Source of the DNA: an uncultured Pseudomonadota bacterium
Lineage (GTDB): Bacteria; Myxococcota_A; Polyangia; Fen-1088
NCBI GenBank assembly: GCA_963847705.1
Contig: CAWKBC010000027.1
Span: 608,001 to 672,000 of the forward strand
DNA: 64,000 bases
Reading direction: 5' to 3'
Shown here piece after piece: positions 31,576 to 45,270 of the stretch. Both the position numbers and the translations under genes were made by a program. Below the pieces are notes generated by a model. The model had not been told where the DNA came from, searched no databases, and was given only the letters and a program-made list of their open reading frames with translations. The number at the start of each line of letters is the position of its first letter. Position 1 is the stretch's first letter.

Positions 31576-33648
31576 ATGCACGGCGCTGGTCTCGATCTCC
31601 TGACCGAGCTGGCGCTCATCATGTGCGTCGCCGCCGTCACCACGGCGCTGTTCCAGCGGCTGAAACAGCCGGTGGTCCTCGGCTACCTGCTGGCAGGGAT
31701 GCTGGTGGGGTCGCACCTTCCGGTGCCGCTCTTCGCCGACGAAGGGGCGGCGCGCGATCTCTCCGAGCTGGGCATCGTCCTCTTGATGTTCTCGCTGGGG
31801 CTCGAGTTCAGCCTCCGGAAGTTGATTCGGATCGCCCCGACGGCCGGCATCGTCGCGGTGATCGAATGCAGCCTGATGCTGGCCGTTGGCTACCTGATCG
31901 CGCGCGCGATCGGCTGGACCGCCTTCGAGAGCCTGTTCGCCGGGGCGGCGCTGGCCATCTCCAGCACCACCATCATCGCCAAGGCGTTCGCCGAGCAGAA
32001 GGTGCCGCCGGCCCGCTCGGAGATCGTGCTCGGGATCCTGATCGCGGAGGACCTGATCGCCATCCTCATCCTGGCGGTGCTCACCGCGGCGGCCTCGGGG
32101 GCGCGGCTGGAGGCCGCCGCCCTGGCCCGCACCGTCGGCCGGCTGGCCGGCTTCTTGGTGGTGCTGCTGGCGGTGGGCATGCTGGTGGTTCCCCGCCTGG
32201 TGCGCGCCCTGGTCCGCCTCGGCCGCGCGGAGACGACCGTGGTGGCGACGGTCGGGATCTGCTTCGCCTTCGCGCTGCTGGCCCGCAAGATGGGTTACTC
32301 GGTGGCGCTGGGCGCCTTCCTGGGCGGCGCGCTGGTGGCCGAGTCGGGTGAGGCCAAGAGCATCGAACATCGGCTGGAGCCGGTCCGGGATCTCTTCGCG
32401 GCGATCTTCTTCGTCTCGGTGGGGATGCTGATCGACCCGCAGGTGATCTGGACGCACGCCGGAACGGTGCTGCTCTTCTCGGCCGTGGTGGTGGTGGGGC
32501 GGCTCGTGGGGGTCACCGTGGGCGCCTTCGTCGCCGGGTACGGGATCCCCACCGCGGTGCAGACGGCGCTGTCGCTGGGCCAGATCGGGGAGTTCTCGTT
32601 CATCATCGCCGGCGTCGGGCTCACCTTCGGCGTGACGCGTGAGTTCCTCTACCCGATCATGGTCGCGGTCTCGGCGGTGACCACGCTGCTGACGCCCTTC
32701 CTGATCCGGATCTCCGGGCGGGTGGGGGCCCTCATCGATCGCCGCCTGCCGCACACTCTGCAGACCTACGCGGCGCTCTATGGGGCCTGGGTGCAGGGCC
32801 TCCGGGCGACGGGCGCGCGCAAGGGCGCCTGGTCGAAGATCCGCCGCCGGGCCGCCCTCCTGATCCTCGATGCCGCCCTGTCGGCCGGGATCGTGATCGG
32901 CGGGGCCGTCGCCTCGCGCAGGCTGGCCGGCTGGGCCGGGCGGGCGGCGGGGGTCGCGCCGGCGCTCGCCCGGACCGCCCTCATCGCGGTCACCTTGGCG
33001 CTGCTGGTGCCGTTCGTGCTGGGCGCGGTGCGGACGGCGCGCGCCCTGGCGGTGGCTCTGGCGACCGAGGCGCTGCCGGGACCCGGCTCCGCCGAGGCGC
33101 TCGATCTGGCGGCGGCGCCGCGCCGGGCGCTCTTGGCCACGCTGCAGATCGCGATCCTGCTGGTGGTCGGCGTGCCGCTGGTGGCGGTGACGCAGCCGTT
33201 CCTGCCGCGGTTCGAAGGAATGGCGATCCTGCTCGTCTGTCTGGCGGTGCTGGCTCTGGGGCTCTGGCGCAGCGCCGCTAATCTGCAAGGGCACGTCCGG
33301 GCCGGGGCGCAGGTCCTCCTCGAGGCGCTGGCGGCGCAAAGTGGGCTGGATGCGGCAGGTGCCTCGCACGGGGCCGGTGGCCAGCAGGTCCCGACCGAGC
33401 TGCCGGGCCTGGGCAATGCGCGTGCGTTTCGGCTGGGTCCCGAATCCAGCGTCATCGGCCGCACCCTCCGTCAGCTCGACCTGCGGGGGATGACGGGAGC
33501 GACGGTGATCGCCATCGATCGCGAGCCGGCGGACGTCATCTACCCCACGGCGGACGAGACCCTGCGCCCGGGCGACACGTTGGTGGTGACCGGTGCCGCC
33601 GAGGCGGTGGAGGCGGCCGCCGCGTTGCTTCGAAGTGCCGCCCGATAG
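31576..33648 (+). CDS. CPA2 cation:proton antiporter with C-terminal TrkA-C (RCK_C) domain
   Basis: PVVLGYLLAG, ELGIVLLMFSLGLEF, SSTTI, LIAEDL, QIGEFSF; GRTLRQLDLR..TGATVIAI.R. Confidence 0.9.
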   Translation: MHGAGLDLLTELALIMCVAAVTTALFQRLKQPVVLGYLLAGMLVGSHLPVPLFADEGAARDLSELGIVLLMFSLGLEFSLRKLIRIAPTAGIVAVIECSLMLAVGYLIARAIGWTAFESLFAGAALAISSTTIIAKAFAEQKVPPARSEIVLGILIAEDLIAILILAVLTAAASGARLEAAALARTVGRLAGFLVVLLAVGMLVVPRLVRALVRLGRAETTVVATVGICFAFALLARKMGYSVALGAFLGGALVAESGEAKSIEHRLEPVRDLFAAIFFVSVGMLIDPQVIWTHAGTVLLFSAVVVVGRLVGVTVGAFVAGYGIPTAVQTALSLGQIGEFSFIIAGVGLTFGVTREFLYPIMVAVSAVTTLLTPFLIRISGRVGALIDRRLPHTLQTYAALYGAWVQGLRATGARKGAWSKIRRRAALLILDAALSAGIVIGGAVASRRLAGWAGRAAGVAPALARTALIAVTLALLVPFVLGAVRTARALAVALATEALPGPGSAEALDLAAAPRRALLATLQIAILLVVGVPLVAVTQPFLPRFEGMAILLVCLAVLALGLWRSAANLQGHVRAGAQVLLEALAAQSGLDAAGASHGAGGQQVPTELPGLGNARAFRLGPESSVIGRTLRQLDLRGMTGATVIAIDREPADVIYPTADETLRPGDTLVVTGAAEAVEAAAALLRSAAR

Positions 33649-33703
33649 GCGGCTTGGCACGCTTCGCCCGCGCCGGTGCCCACGTCATGCTATCTTGCGC
33701 GCC

Positions 33704-34853
33704 ATGGAAATCGGGCCCCTGCGAGAGCGCGTGTCGAAGCTTCAGAGCCGACTCGAGGTTCTCCGGGGGCATCTTTGACATCGACGGCAAAAAGCGTCGA
33801 ATAGCGGAGCTGGACGAGCAGACCGCGACAGAAGGGTTCTGGAACGCCGCCGACAAGGCGCAGACCTTGCTGCGCGAGCAGGCGCGCCTCAAGTCCTCGG
33901 TGGACACCTTCGAGGGTCAGGGCAAGACGCTCGAGGACGCGGGCGTGCTCATCGACATGGCCGACGAGGCCAAGGACGAGGCGACCGCGGTGGAGGCCGC
34001 GGCCACCCTCACCGCGATCGAGGAGGCGGTCTCCAAGATCGAGTTTGCGCGCATGCTGTCGGGCCCCTACGACCGGCAGGGGGCGCTGGTCAGCGTCAAC
34101 GCCGGCGCCGGCGGCACCGAGAGCCAGGACTGGGCCGAGATGTTGCTGCGGATGTACGCCCGCTGGGCGGAGCGAAAAGGGTTCAAGCTGGAGGAGCTGG
34201 ACCGGCAGCCGGGCGACGAGGCGGGGATCAAGAGCGCCACCATCGGCGTCGAGGGGGAGTGGGCTTACGGGTGGCTGCGCGCCGAGGCGGGCGTGCACCG
34301 ACTGGTGCGCATCTCGCCGTTCGACGGGCAGGCGCGGCGGCACACCTCGTTCGCCAGCGTCTTCATCTATCCGGACATCGACGAGACCATCAAGGTCGAG
34401 ATCGACGAGAAGGATCTGCGCATCGACGTCATGCGGTCGGGCGGCGCGGGCGGCCAGCACGTCAACAAGACCGAATCCGCGGTGCGCGTCACCCACATCC
34501 CGACCGGGATCGCCGTGCACTCCGACGGCGAGCGCTCGCAGCACAAGAACAAGTCGACCGCGATGCGCATCCTGCGCTCGAAGCTGTTCGAGGTCGAACA
34601 GAAGAAGCAGGAGGAGAAGATGGGCAACATCCACGCCCAGAAGAAGGCGATCGAGTGGGGGAGCCAGATCCGGTCGTACGTGCTGGCCCCCTACAAGCAG
34701 GCGAACGACCATCGGACGGGCCTCAAGGTCAGCAACGTCGACGCGGTCCTGGACGGGGACCTCGACCAGTTCATGGTCGCCACGCTGCTGGAGCTGGCAG
34801 GCGATCCGACTGCCCAGGCCAAGGTTCCGCCGCCGGGTGACGATGAGGTGTGA
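33704..34853 (+). CDS. prfB: Peptide chain release factor 2 with programmed +1 frameshift
   Basis: ORF1 MEIG...LRGHL ends at CTT TGA C (33773-33779); ORF2 has SPF and GGQ motifs. Confidence 0.96.
33764..33779 (+). other. RF2 autoregulatory +1 frameshift site
   Basis: CGGGGG-CAT-CTT-TGA-C (internal SD-like element plus slippery codon and stop). Confidence 0.93.
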
Positions 34854-34962
34854 TTCGCTCACACAGTTGAAACAAACATGTGGATCTGTGGATTAACTTG
34901 GTAAATCGAAGCACCTTCGCGGTCTTAGCCGACTGTGGGTTGTTGACATCTCGTGGAGAGAA

Positions 34963-36534
34963 ATGGCCGACGAACGAGAGCTGATCGAAGAACGCCAAAA
35001 AAAGGTCGCGGAAATTCGCGCCCTTGGTGGAAATCCATATGCCAACGGCTTCGTGCCGAGCCACACGACGGCCGAGATCGTGGCGAAGTTCGCCGGCGTC
35101 ACGCCGCCGCCGCCGCCCGACGGGGACGACGGAAAGTCAGGTCCGCCCTTGCTCACCGACGACGACTTTGCGGTGGCGGGACGCATCGTGGATTTCCGGT
35201 CGTTCGGGAAGATGGCCTTCGTGAAGCTGCTGGACCGCAGCGGGCAGCTCCAGGTCCAGATCCGCAAGGACCTCCTGGGCGAGGCGGCGTTCGCGCTCTG
35301 GAAGAAGGCGGAGCGCGGCGACTTCATCGGTGTGGTCGGCAGCCCGGCGATCATGAAGACGGGCGAGCTGACCATCGTGGCCGAGAGCGTGCAGATCCTG
35401 ACCAAGGCCACGCGGCCGCTGCCGGAGAAATTTCACGGCCTGTCGGACACGGAGGTCCGCTACCGCCAGCGCTACGTCGATCTGGTGGTCAACCCCGAGG
35501 TGCGCGAGGTGTTCCGCAAGCGGAGCGCGCTCGTGCGCAGCATTCGGAGCTTCCTGGACGCCCGCGGCTTTCTCGAGGTGGAGACGCCGATGCTGCACGG
35601 GATCGTGGGCGGCGCGGCGGCCAAGCCGTTCAAGACCCACCACAACGCGCTCGACCTCGATCTCAACATGCGGATCGCGCCCGAGCTGCACCTGAAGCGG
35701 CTGGTGGTCGGCAGCTTCGATCGGGTCTACGAGATCGGCCGAAACTTCCGCAACGAGGGGCTGTCGCGTCAGCACAACCCCGAGTTCACGATGCTGGAGT
35801 TCTACCAGGCCTACGCCACCTACGCCGACCTGATGGTGCTCACCGAGACGCTGTTCCGCGAGCTCTCCCGCGAGCTCGCCGGCGGCGAGGAGATCAGCTA
35901 CCAGGGCCAGAAGGTCAGCTTCGCCGGCGACTGGCCGCGCATCCCGATGAAGGACGCCATCGTCACCGCCTCGGGCGCCGGCCTGCTGCCGGCCGGGCTC
36001 GAGCGCGGCGTCCTCGACGACGACGCCGCGCTCTCGAAGTGGCTGGGGGACAGCGGCCTCACCGACGGCAAGAGCGAGCTCGGCGCGGTGCTGCGCAAGG
36101 CGGAGTCGCACGGCGAGCGGGTCGGCGCGCTCTTCGACTACGCGGGTGAAAAGGCGCTCCCCGCCGATCGCCCCGCCTTCGTGACCGAATATCCGGCCGA
36201 GACCTCACCGCTGTCGCGCCGCAACGACGCCGATCCGTCGCGGGTCGATCGCTTCGAGCTGTTCATCGTCGGCCGCGAGCACGCCAACGCCTTCTCCGAG
36301 CTGAACGATCCGGCCGATCAGCGGGCGCGCTTCCAGGCCCAGGTCGACGCCAAGGCCCACGGGCGCGACGAGACTATGGACTACGACGAGGACTACTGCC
36401 GGGCGCTCGAGTACGGGCTGCCGCCGACGGCGGGGGAGGGGATCGGGATCGATCGCCTGACCATGCTGCTCACCGACCAGCCGTCGATCCGCGACGTCAT
36501 CCTCTTCCCGCTTTTGCGTCCAGAGCGCGACTAG
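34963..36534 (+). CDS. lysS: Lysine--tRNA ligase, class II
   Basis: [43 protein letters not shown]. Confidence 0.97.
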   Translation: MADERELIEERQKKVAEIRALGGNPYANGFVPSHTTAEIVAKFAGVTPPPPPDGDDGKSGPPLLTDDDFAVAGRIVDFRSFGKMAFVKLLDRSGQLQVQIRKDLLGEAAFALWKKAERGDFIGVVGSPAIMKTGELTIVAESVQILTKATRPLPEKFHGLSDTEVRYRQRYVDLVVNPEVREVFRKRSALVRSIRSFLDARGFLEVETPMLHGIVGGAAAKPFKTHHNALDLDLNMRIAPELHLKRLVVGSFDRVYEIGRNFRNEGLSRQHNPEFTMLEFYQAYATYADLMVLTETLFRELSRELAGGEEISYQGQKVSFAGDWPRIPMKDAIVTASGAGLLPAGLERGVLDDDAALSKWLGDSGLTDGKSELGAVLRKAESHGERVGALFDYAGEKALPADRPAFVTEYPAETSPLSRRNDADPSRVDRFELFIVGREHANAFSELNDPADQRARFQAQVDAKAHGRDETMDYDEDYCRALEYGLPPTAGEGIGIDRLTMLLTDQPSIRDVILFPLLRPERD

Positions 36535-36544
36535 GTCCGAACCC

Positions 36545-38281
36545 ATGCTGCAGCCAGGGTTCGAGTGGTTCATCGCCTGGCGCCATCTGCGCGATCCGGA
36601 GCGCCGTTCGCGCCGGACGCTGGCGGTGGGGCTGGCGGCGCTGGCGGCCGGTGGGCTCTGCTTCCTGGCCGCCGCGCTGGTCCCGCGGTTCATGCACGTC
36701 CACGCCCGTGCCCCGGGCGAGTGGATGGAGGTGCACCCGCTGCTCGTCGTCGAGCGGCTGCGCACGACCGGCATGGTGGCCGTCGCCGCCGGTCTCCTGC
36801 TGACGCTGCTGGGGGCGCTGTTCGCCACCTTCACGGTCTTCACCGCCGTCTCGATCTTCGGCGTGTTTCTCGGCACCGGCGCGCCGATCATCGCGCTGTC
36901 GGTGATGTCGGGGTTCGAGGCCGACCTCAAGGGGAAGATCCGCGCCACCAAGGCCGACGTGGTGATCGAGACGGGCGATGACCGGCCGTTCACCAACTGG
37001 GGGGAAGTCGACCGCAAGATTGCCGGTATCCCGCACGTCGTCGGCTCGATGCCCTACATCGAGACCGAGGTGATCATCAAGCACGCCACCAACCCGGCCG
37101 GGATGGGGATCATCCTGCGGGGGATCGATCCGGCGCGCGCCCCCTACGTCCTCGGCCTCGAGCACACCATGCAAGAGGGGAAGATCGCCTACCTGCAGCA
37201 CCCCGAGCAGATCCCCACCGACGACGGTGATTTCCTGCGCGACGGCGCGGGCCCGCCCGGTGACAGCGGCAGCCCGCTCTTCCCGCCGCCCCCGCCCGAA
37301 AAGACGAGCGAAAAGACGAGCAAGGGCAAGACCGGCCCGGGCAAACCAGCCAAGGGCTCGGCGAAGGCTCCGTCCTCCAAGGCTGCGTCTTCCCAGGCGC
37401 CGTCCTCCGAGGCGCCGTCCTCCGACAACGACCCGTTCCGGGATTCGTCCAGGCAGGGCCCGCGGGCCCCGCTGCCGCCCCGGACCGCCGTCCCCGGCAT
37501 CCTCCTCGGCGACGAGCTCTATCAGCACACGTTGCGCGTCTTCGTCGGCAGCGACGTCGACATCGCCTGCCCGATGTGCGGCGTCGGTCCGATGGGGCCG
37601 ATGCCCAAGCTGAAGCCGTTCCGGGTGGCCGGGCACTTCTACACCGGCATGTACGAATTCGACTCCAAGCTGGCCTACGTCGCGCTCGCCGACGCCCAGA
37701 AGTTCCTCGGCACGCCGGGGGAGGTGACGGGGATCGAGATCCGGACGACGACGCCCGAGGCGGCCCGCGACGTGGCCGACGAGATCGCCCGGCGCCTCGG
37801 TCCCGGCTATGAGGTCCGCACCTGGGAAGAGCTCAACCGCGGCCTCTTCGCGGCGCTCAAGCTGGAGAAGGTGGCGATGTTCGTGGTGCTCACCTTCATC
37901 GCGCTGGTGGCGTCATTCTCCATCGTCTCCAACCTGATCATGCTGGTCACCGAGAAGGCGCGCGAGGTGGCGATCCTCAAATCGATGGGGGCGCGCGACG
38001 GCGCCATCCTGCGGATCTTCTTCGCCGAGGGGCTCTACATCGGCCTCCTCGGGCTGGCGCTGGGCCTCGGCCTCGGCGTCGGCGGCTGCCTGTTGTTGTC
38101 GCACTACGGGCTGCCGCTCGATCCGGACGTCTATTACATCCAGAAGCTGCCGGTGGTCATGCGGGCCGGCGAGATCGCGGCGGTGAATCTGGCAGCGCTC
38201 GGCCTCTGCTGCCTGGCCACGCTCTATCCGGCGATGCTGGCCTCCCGGATGCGCCCGGTCGACGGTCTGCGGTACGAGTAG
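36545..38281 (+). CDS. lolE: Lipoprotein-releasing ABC permease LolC/E
   Basis: [47 protein letters not shown]....LRYE; lysS-lol-bamA synteny. Confidence 0.85.
   Translation: MLQPGFEWFIAWRHLRDPERRSRRTLAVGLAALAAGGLCFLAAALVPRFMHVHARAPGEWMEVHPLLVVERLRTTGMVAVAAGLLLTLLGALFATFTVFTAVSIFGVFLGTGAPIIALSVMSGFEADLKGKIRATKADVVIETGDDRPFTNWGEVDRKIAGIPHVVGSMPYIETEVIIKHATNPAGMGIILRGIDPARAPYVLGLEHTMQEGKIAYLQHPEQIPTDDGDFLRDGAGPPGDSGSPLFPPPPPEKTSEKTSKGKTGPGKPAKGSAKAPSSKAASSQAPSSEAPSSDNDPFRDSSRQGPRAPLPPRTAVPGILLGDELYQHTLRVFVGSDVDIACPMCGVGPMGPMPKLKPFRVAGHFYTGMYEFDSKLAYVALADAQKFLGTPGEVTGIEIRTTTPEAARDVADEIARRLGPGYEVRTWEELNRGLFAALKLEKVAMFVVLTFIALVASFSIVSNLIMLVTEKAREVAILKSMGARDGAILRIFFAEGLYIGLLGLALGLGLGVGGCLLLSHYGLPLDPDVYYIQKLPVVMRAGEIAAVNLAALGLCCLATLYPAMLASRMRPVDGLRYE
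37364..37423 (+). repeat. 4x15-bp intragenic tandem repeat ([20 protein letters not shown])
   Basis: (A/C/G)AGGC(T/G)(C/G)CGTC(C/T)TCC units. Confidence 0.8.
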
Positions 38282-38291
38282 CGCGCCGCGC

Positions 38292-39554
38292 CTACTCGAC
38301 GACCGGCGCCTCGAACGGACCGAGTCGTCGCTGATTCCAGCGACGAACCAGCCCCCGCACCAGGGCCGACAACCTGATCGGGTAGATCGACTTCTCTTCG
38401 ACCGTCTCGTCGCTGATCGCGCCCCAGCGAGATTTCCAGGCGCTCTCGCCGGGCGGGAACTCGAGGCGATCGAACCCGCGCACGATCGCCTCCCGGATCG
38501 CCTCGGCCGTGATGATGGTGAGCGGACTGTACCGCCGCCAGCGTTCGTCGTACCCCGAGTAGTAGACCGACAGGCAGCGCTCTGCCTCGACGAAGGCCTG
38601 CACGGCCACCGTCTCCCCCGCGATCTTCAAGGACACGAGCGAGACCTGATCCCGCCGGGCCAGACGTTGAAACAGGCCCCGGAGGAACGCCGCCTCGGTT
38701 TCGCCTGGCAGGTGATTCCGGTGCGCAGGTCCAGCCGTCGATTCGCTGCGCTGCCGGTGAAGCCTGATCAGATGCTCGGTCGCGATCGCCACTTCGGCCG
38801 GCGCGCGCGCCGTCTGGATCTTCCAGGCACCGATCTCACGGGTGAGGCGGCGCGGATAATAGGCAATGTTGTCCCGCATCGATTTGGAGAGCCCCGACTC
38901 GAAGCTCGGCCAGGAGGCCGGGAGCGCAAGCGTCATCGGAAGATCACGCCGCCGGGTCACCTCGACATTGTCGAGGCGCTGCGAAAGGGAGATGGCGGCG
39001 CGGGTCGCCGTCTGCCGGCTGCGGGCGCCGTGCACGACGGCGATGTCCCATGCCTTGTTGCGTGCGTCCGCCGCGATCCGCGAGACCAGCATCCGGGCGG
39101 CGAGATGTTCGTAGCCCCGGCGCAGGATGGCGATCGGCTCGTCCGTCAGCGTCTCCATCGAATGGCTTCGCCCGAAAGGTTGAAGCGTCACCCCCAGGCT
39201 CGACCGGCCGAGCGAATGCTCCTCGAAGAGGGGCGTCAGCCCGATCACCCCGGCTCGAGCTTCGACCGCGACGACCACCGTGAAACGTCCGGTGGCACCG
39301 CCTGCCCGGGCCATCACGAACCGGTTGAGCCACTCGAGCGCGAAGTCCCAGGACTGGAAAGCGGTCGGGCTGCGTGAGCCGGCGCTCAGCTCCCGCCACA
39401 GCTCTTCCAGGGCGTAGAAACCATCCGGGGTCACGACCGAATGACAGCCCGGCTGGAGGCCCACCGCTCGGAACTCCAACGGACGCGTGACACCCTTTCC
39501 GCCGACCGGAGAGAGCGCCTCGGCCAAGCGCGCGCTTCCCCGAGCGAACGTCAT
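38292..39554 (-). CDS. GNAT-family protein (CelD/BcsL, Acetyltransf_6-like)
   Basis: TAFQSWDF..W, YYSGYDE.W.RYSP..I..EAI..AI.RG...EF.PG...WK.RW. Confidence 0.75.
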   Translation of the reverse strand: MTFARGSARLAEALSPVGGKGVTRPLEFRAVGLQPGCHSVVTPDGFYALEELWRELSAGSRSPTAFQSWDFALEWLNRFVMARAGGATGRFTVVVAVEARAGVIGLTPLFEEHSLGRSSLGVTLQPFGRSHSMETLTDEPIAILRRGYEHLAARMLVSRIAADARNKAWDIAVVHGARSRQTATRAAISLSQRLDNVEVTRRRDLPMTLALPASWPSFESGLSKSMRDNIAYYPRRLTREIGAWKIQTARAPAEVAIATEHLIRLHRQRSESTAGPAHRNHLPGETEAAFLRGLFQRLARRDQVSLVSLKIAGETVAVQAFVEAERCLSVYYSGYDERWRRYSPLTIITAEAIREAIVRGFDRLEFPPGESAWKSRWGAISDETVEEKSIYPIRLSALVRGLVRRWNQRRLGPFEAPVVE

Positions 39555-39671
39555 CGCGGGCCACTATGCCACATTGTCGCCTTTGTCACATAGTCATCCG
39601 CGGTGTCGCCAGACGGCGTCGCGTCGGCTCTTACCTCGAAGGTCTGATTGTGGGACAACCTGGACCAGGGG

Positions 39672-40538
39672 ATGAAGATTCCTCCGGCGCTGCGAGACAG
39701 GGTGGTCCGCGTTCTGCGGACCGTGGGGCAGGTCCGGCCGCTCGTGCCGGTCCTTTACCACCCGCGCGTCAGCGGCGTGCTGCGACGAATGCCGGGAGCC
39801 GGCGCCCTTTACGGCTACGGCTGGGACCGGCAGCATCCGTTCGACCGGGCGAACGGCACCGATACCAGCGGGGTCGTCGAGCTGCAGGCGATCCGGGCCC
39901 ACACCGATCACCCGGCCATGGCGCACGCCGCCATTTACGTGGGGTCACAGCCGAGCGCGATCCGCCAGGCGCTGGACGCGTTGCCCCCGCTGAAGGGCGC
40001 CACCTTCATCGACTTCGGATGCGGCAAGGGGCGGCCGCTGCTGGTGGCGGCCGAGCGTCCGTTCCGGGAGGTGGTCGGGATCGATCTCTCCTCGGAGCTG
40101 GCGGCGATCGCCCGCTCGAACGCCGCCATCATGCAGACCCGCCACCCTGGGCGAGCGCCCATCCGCGTCGTCGTCGGCGATGCGGCCAGCTACCCGCTTC
40201 CCTCCGGGGATCTGGTGCTGTTCTTTTACCACCCGTTCGGTGCCCCCATCTTCGAGCGGGTGCTGGCGGCGGTGGAGGGCGCGCTCGAGAGCGAACGGCG
40301 CGCCATCTACGTGGTCTACTACAACCCGGTGCTCGGGCGGCTGTTCGACGCCTCGCCGGCCTTCACCCGCCGGTGGGCCGCGATGCTCCCCTGCGCCCGC
40401 GACGAGCGCGGCTACGGTGCCGACGGCGACGACGCCGTGATGATCTGGCAGGGGGGCACTGCGCCCCCGCCTCGTGGATCTGTGGACCAGAGGATCGTGC
40501 TGAGCAACTTGGACACGCGGGCCGAACTGATCCGATAG
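39672..40538 (+). CDS. Class I SAM-dependent methyltransferase
   Basis: [26 protein letters not shown]. Confidence 0.82.
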   Translation: MKIPPALRDRVVRVLRTVGQVRPLVPVLYHPRVSGVLRRMPGAGALYGYGWDRQHPFDRANGTDTSGVVELQAIRAHTDHPAMAHAAIYVGSQPSAIRQALDALPPLKGATFIDFGCGKGRPLLVAAERPFREVVGIDLSSELAAIARSNAAIMQTRHPGRAPIRVVVGDAASYPLPSGDLVLFFYHPFGAPIFERVLAAVEGALESERRAIYVVYYNPVLGRLFDASPAFTRRWAAMLPCARDERGYGADGDDAVMIWQGGTAPPPRGSVDQRIVLSNLDTRAELIR

Positions 40539-40593
40539 CCGGGCAACCTCCGGCAAGTGCGCGGAGTCTCAGGAAATAAGGCTTATGGCGTCG

Positions 40594-40622
40594 TTGACAC
40601 CTGCGGGGGCGCCGACTAATTT
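40594..40622 (+). promoter_or_regulatory. Sigma70 promoter TTGACA-N17-TAATTT for lolD-bamA
   Basis: Perfect -35, 17-nt spacer, TAnnnT -10, 10 nt before ATG 40633. Confidence 0.65.
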
Positions 40623-40632
40623 GGCGCACCCC

Positions 40633-41358
<726 letters not shown>

Positions 41359-41370
41359 CCGGCGCCCGCG

Positions 41371-43863
<2,493 letters not shown>

Positions 43864-43867
43864 TCTA

Positions 43868-44193
43868 CATGGGAACCCTGGGAGGGTTCCCAAACCCTCC
43901 CGCGATGGGGTCGGACCGGCAGAGCCGTCCCGCCCCCGACGCGATCCATGGGAACCCTGGGAGGGTTCCCAAACCCTCCCGCGATGGGGTCGGGCCGGCG
44001 AAGCCGTCCCGCCCCCGACGCGATCCATGGGAACCCTGGGAGGGTTCCCAAACCCTCCCGCGATGGGGTCGGGCCGGCGAAGCCGTCCCGCCCCCGACGC
44101 GATCCATGGGAACCCTGGGAGGGTTCCCAAACCCTCCCGCGATGGGGTCGGGCCGGCAGAGCCGTCCCGCCCCCGACGCGATCCATGGGAACC
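43868..44193. repeat. Tandem repeat of 4x79 bp plus 10 bp, palindrome-rich (REP/BIME-like)
   Basis: Units start at 43868, 43947, 44026, 44105, with a partial unit at 44184; they differ only at GGAC/GGGC and AGA/GAA. Confidence 0.95.
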
Positions 44194-44264
44194 GCGGTGC
44201 ACCTCCAAAATCGCTTACTTTTCTCACAAACGTGTTAAGCAAACGGCCGGTGAAGGAGATGAGA

Positions 44265-44804
44265 ATGTCACGCGTATCACGTTTCTTGGTTCTGGCGGTC
44301 CTCTTGCTGAGTTCGTCCGCGGCGTTCGCCGAGGACTTCAAGCTCGGGTTCGTCGACATGCAGCGCGCCCTCAACGAGACCGACGACGGCAAGAAGGCCA
44401 AGGCGGCGCTCAAGAAGGTGTTCGATCAGAAGCAGAAGGAGCTCGACGAACAGCAGGCGGCGCTCAAAAAAGACATCGAGGACCTCGACAAGAAGCGGAC
44501 GCTTCTCCCCGCCGACCAGGTGCGCGAGAAAGAGGGAGAGCTGCAGGCGCGGATGCAGAAGGTGCAGCAGACCTACCTGCGCCACCAGCAGGACCTCTCC
44601 GCCAAGGAGCAGGAGGCGACGGCCAAGATCTACGAGCGCATGAACAAGATCATCGCCAAGATCGCCGCCTCCGAGAACTTCTCGATGATCGTGGACAAGT
44701 CGGCGCTGGTCTTCGCCAAGCCGCACCTCGATCTCACCAGCGAGCTCATTCGCCGCTACAACAGCGGCGAAGGGGGCGACGCCGCACCGTCAGCCAAGAA
44801 GTAG
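44265..44804 (+). CDS. skp: Periplasmic chaperone Skp/OmpH
   Basis: SD AAGGAG, signal peptide, KLGFVDMQ, coiled coil, DLTSELI..YN. Confidence 0.92.
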   Translation: MSRVSRFLVLAVLLLSSSAAFAEDFKLGFVDMQRALNETDDGKKAKAALKKVFDQKQKELDEQQAALKKDIEDLDKKRTLLPADQVREKEGELQARMQKVQQTYLRHQQDLSAKEQEATAKIYERMNKIIAKIAASENFSMIVDKSALVFAKPHLDLTSELIRRYNSGEGGDAAPSAKK

Positions 44805-44809
44805 GCGAC

Positions 44810-45265
44810 GTGCTCGATATCCGCGCCATCGAGCGGATCCTTCCGCACCGCTATCCGTTCTTGCTCGTCGATCGCGTGGACGAGATCGGAGGCGACAAGA
44901 TCGTCGCGCGCAAGCTGGTCTCGCGCAACGAGCCGCACTTCAACGGCCACTTTCCGGGACACCCGGTGATGCCGGGCGTGCTGATCATCGAGGCGCTGGC
45001 GCAGGCGGGTGCGCTCCTGGCCGCGCACACCGTCGGCTTCGATCCGACGACCCACGTCATCTACTTCATGGCCATCGACAAGGCGCGCTTCAGAAAGCCG
45101 GTCGTCCCGGGCGATCTGCTGGTGCTGGAGGTCGTTCCGCTGCGCAAGGGCGGGGCGATCTGGAAGCTGCGCGGCGAGGCGAAGGTCGACGGCGTGGTCG
45201 TGGCGGAGGCGGAGCTCCTGGCTTCGATCCAGCCACGCGACGCGACCGCCGCGCCCAAGGGCTGA
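44810..45265 (+). CDS. fabZ: 3-hydroxyacyl-ACP dehydratase
   Basis: [41 protein letters not shown]. Confidence 0.96.
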   Translation: MLDIRAIERILPHRYPFLLVDRVDEIGGDKIVARKLVSRNEPHFNGHFPGHPVMPGVLIIEALAQAGALLAAHTVGFDPTTHVIYFMAIDKARFRKPVVPGDLLVLEVVPLRKGGAIWKLRGEAKVDGVVVAEAELLASIQPRDATAAPKG

Positions 45266-45270
45266 TCCCC

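Noticed and set aside
33654-33672. TTGGCACG as a sigma54 promoter for prfB
   Set aside because: No TTGC/GC at the -12 position
43868-44193. CRISPR array
   Set aside because: Units are contiguous and near-identical with no unique spacers; no cas genes in the window
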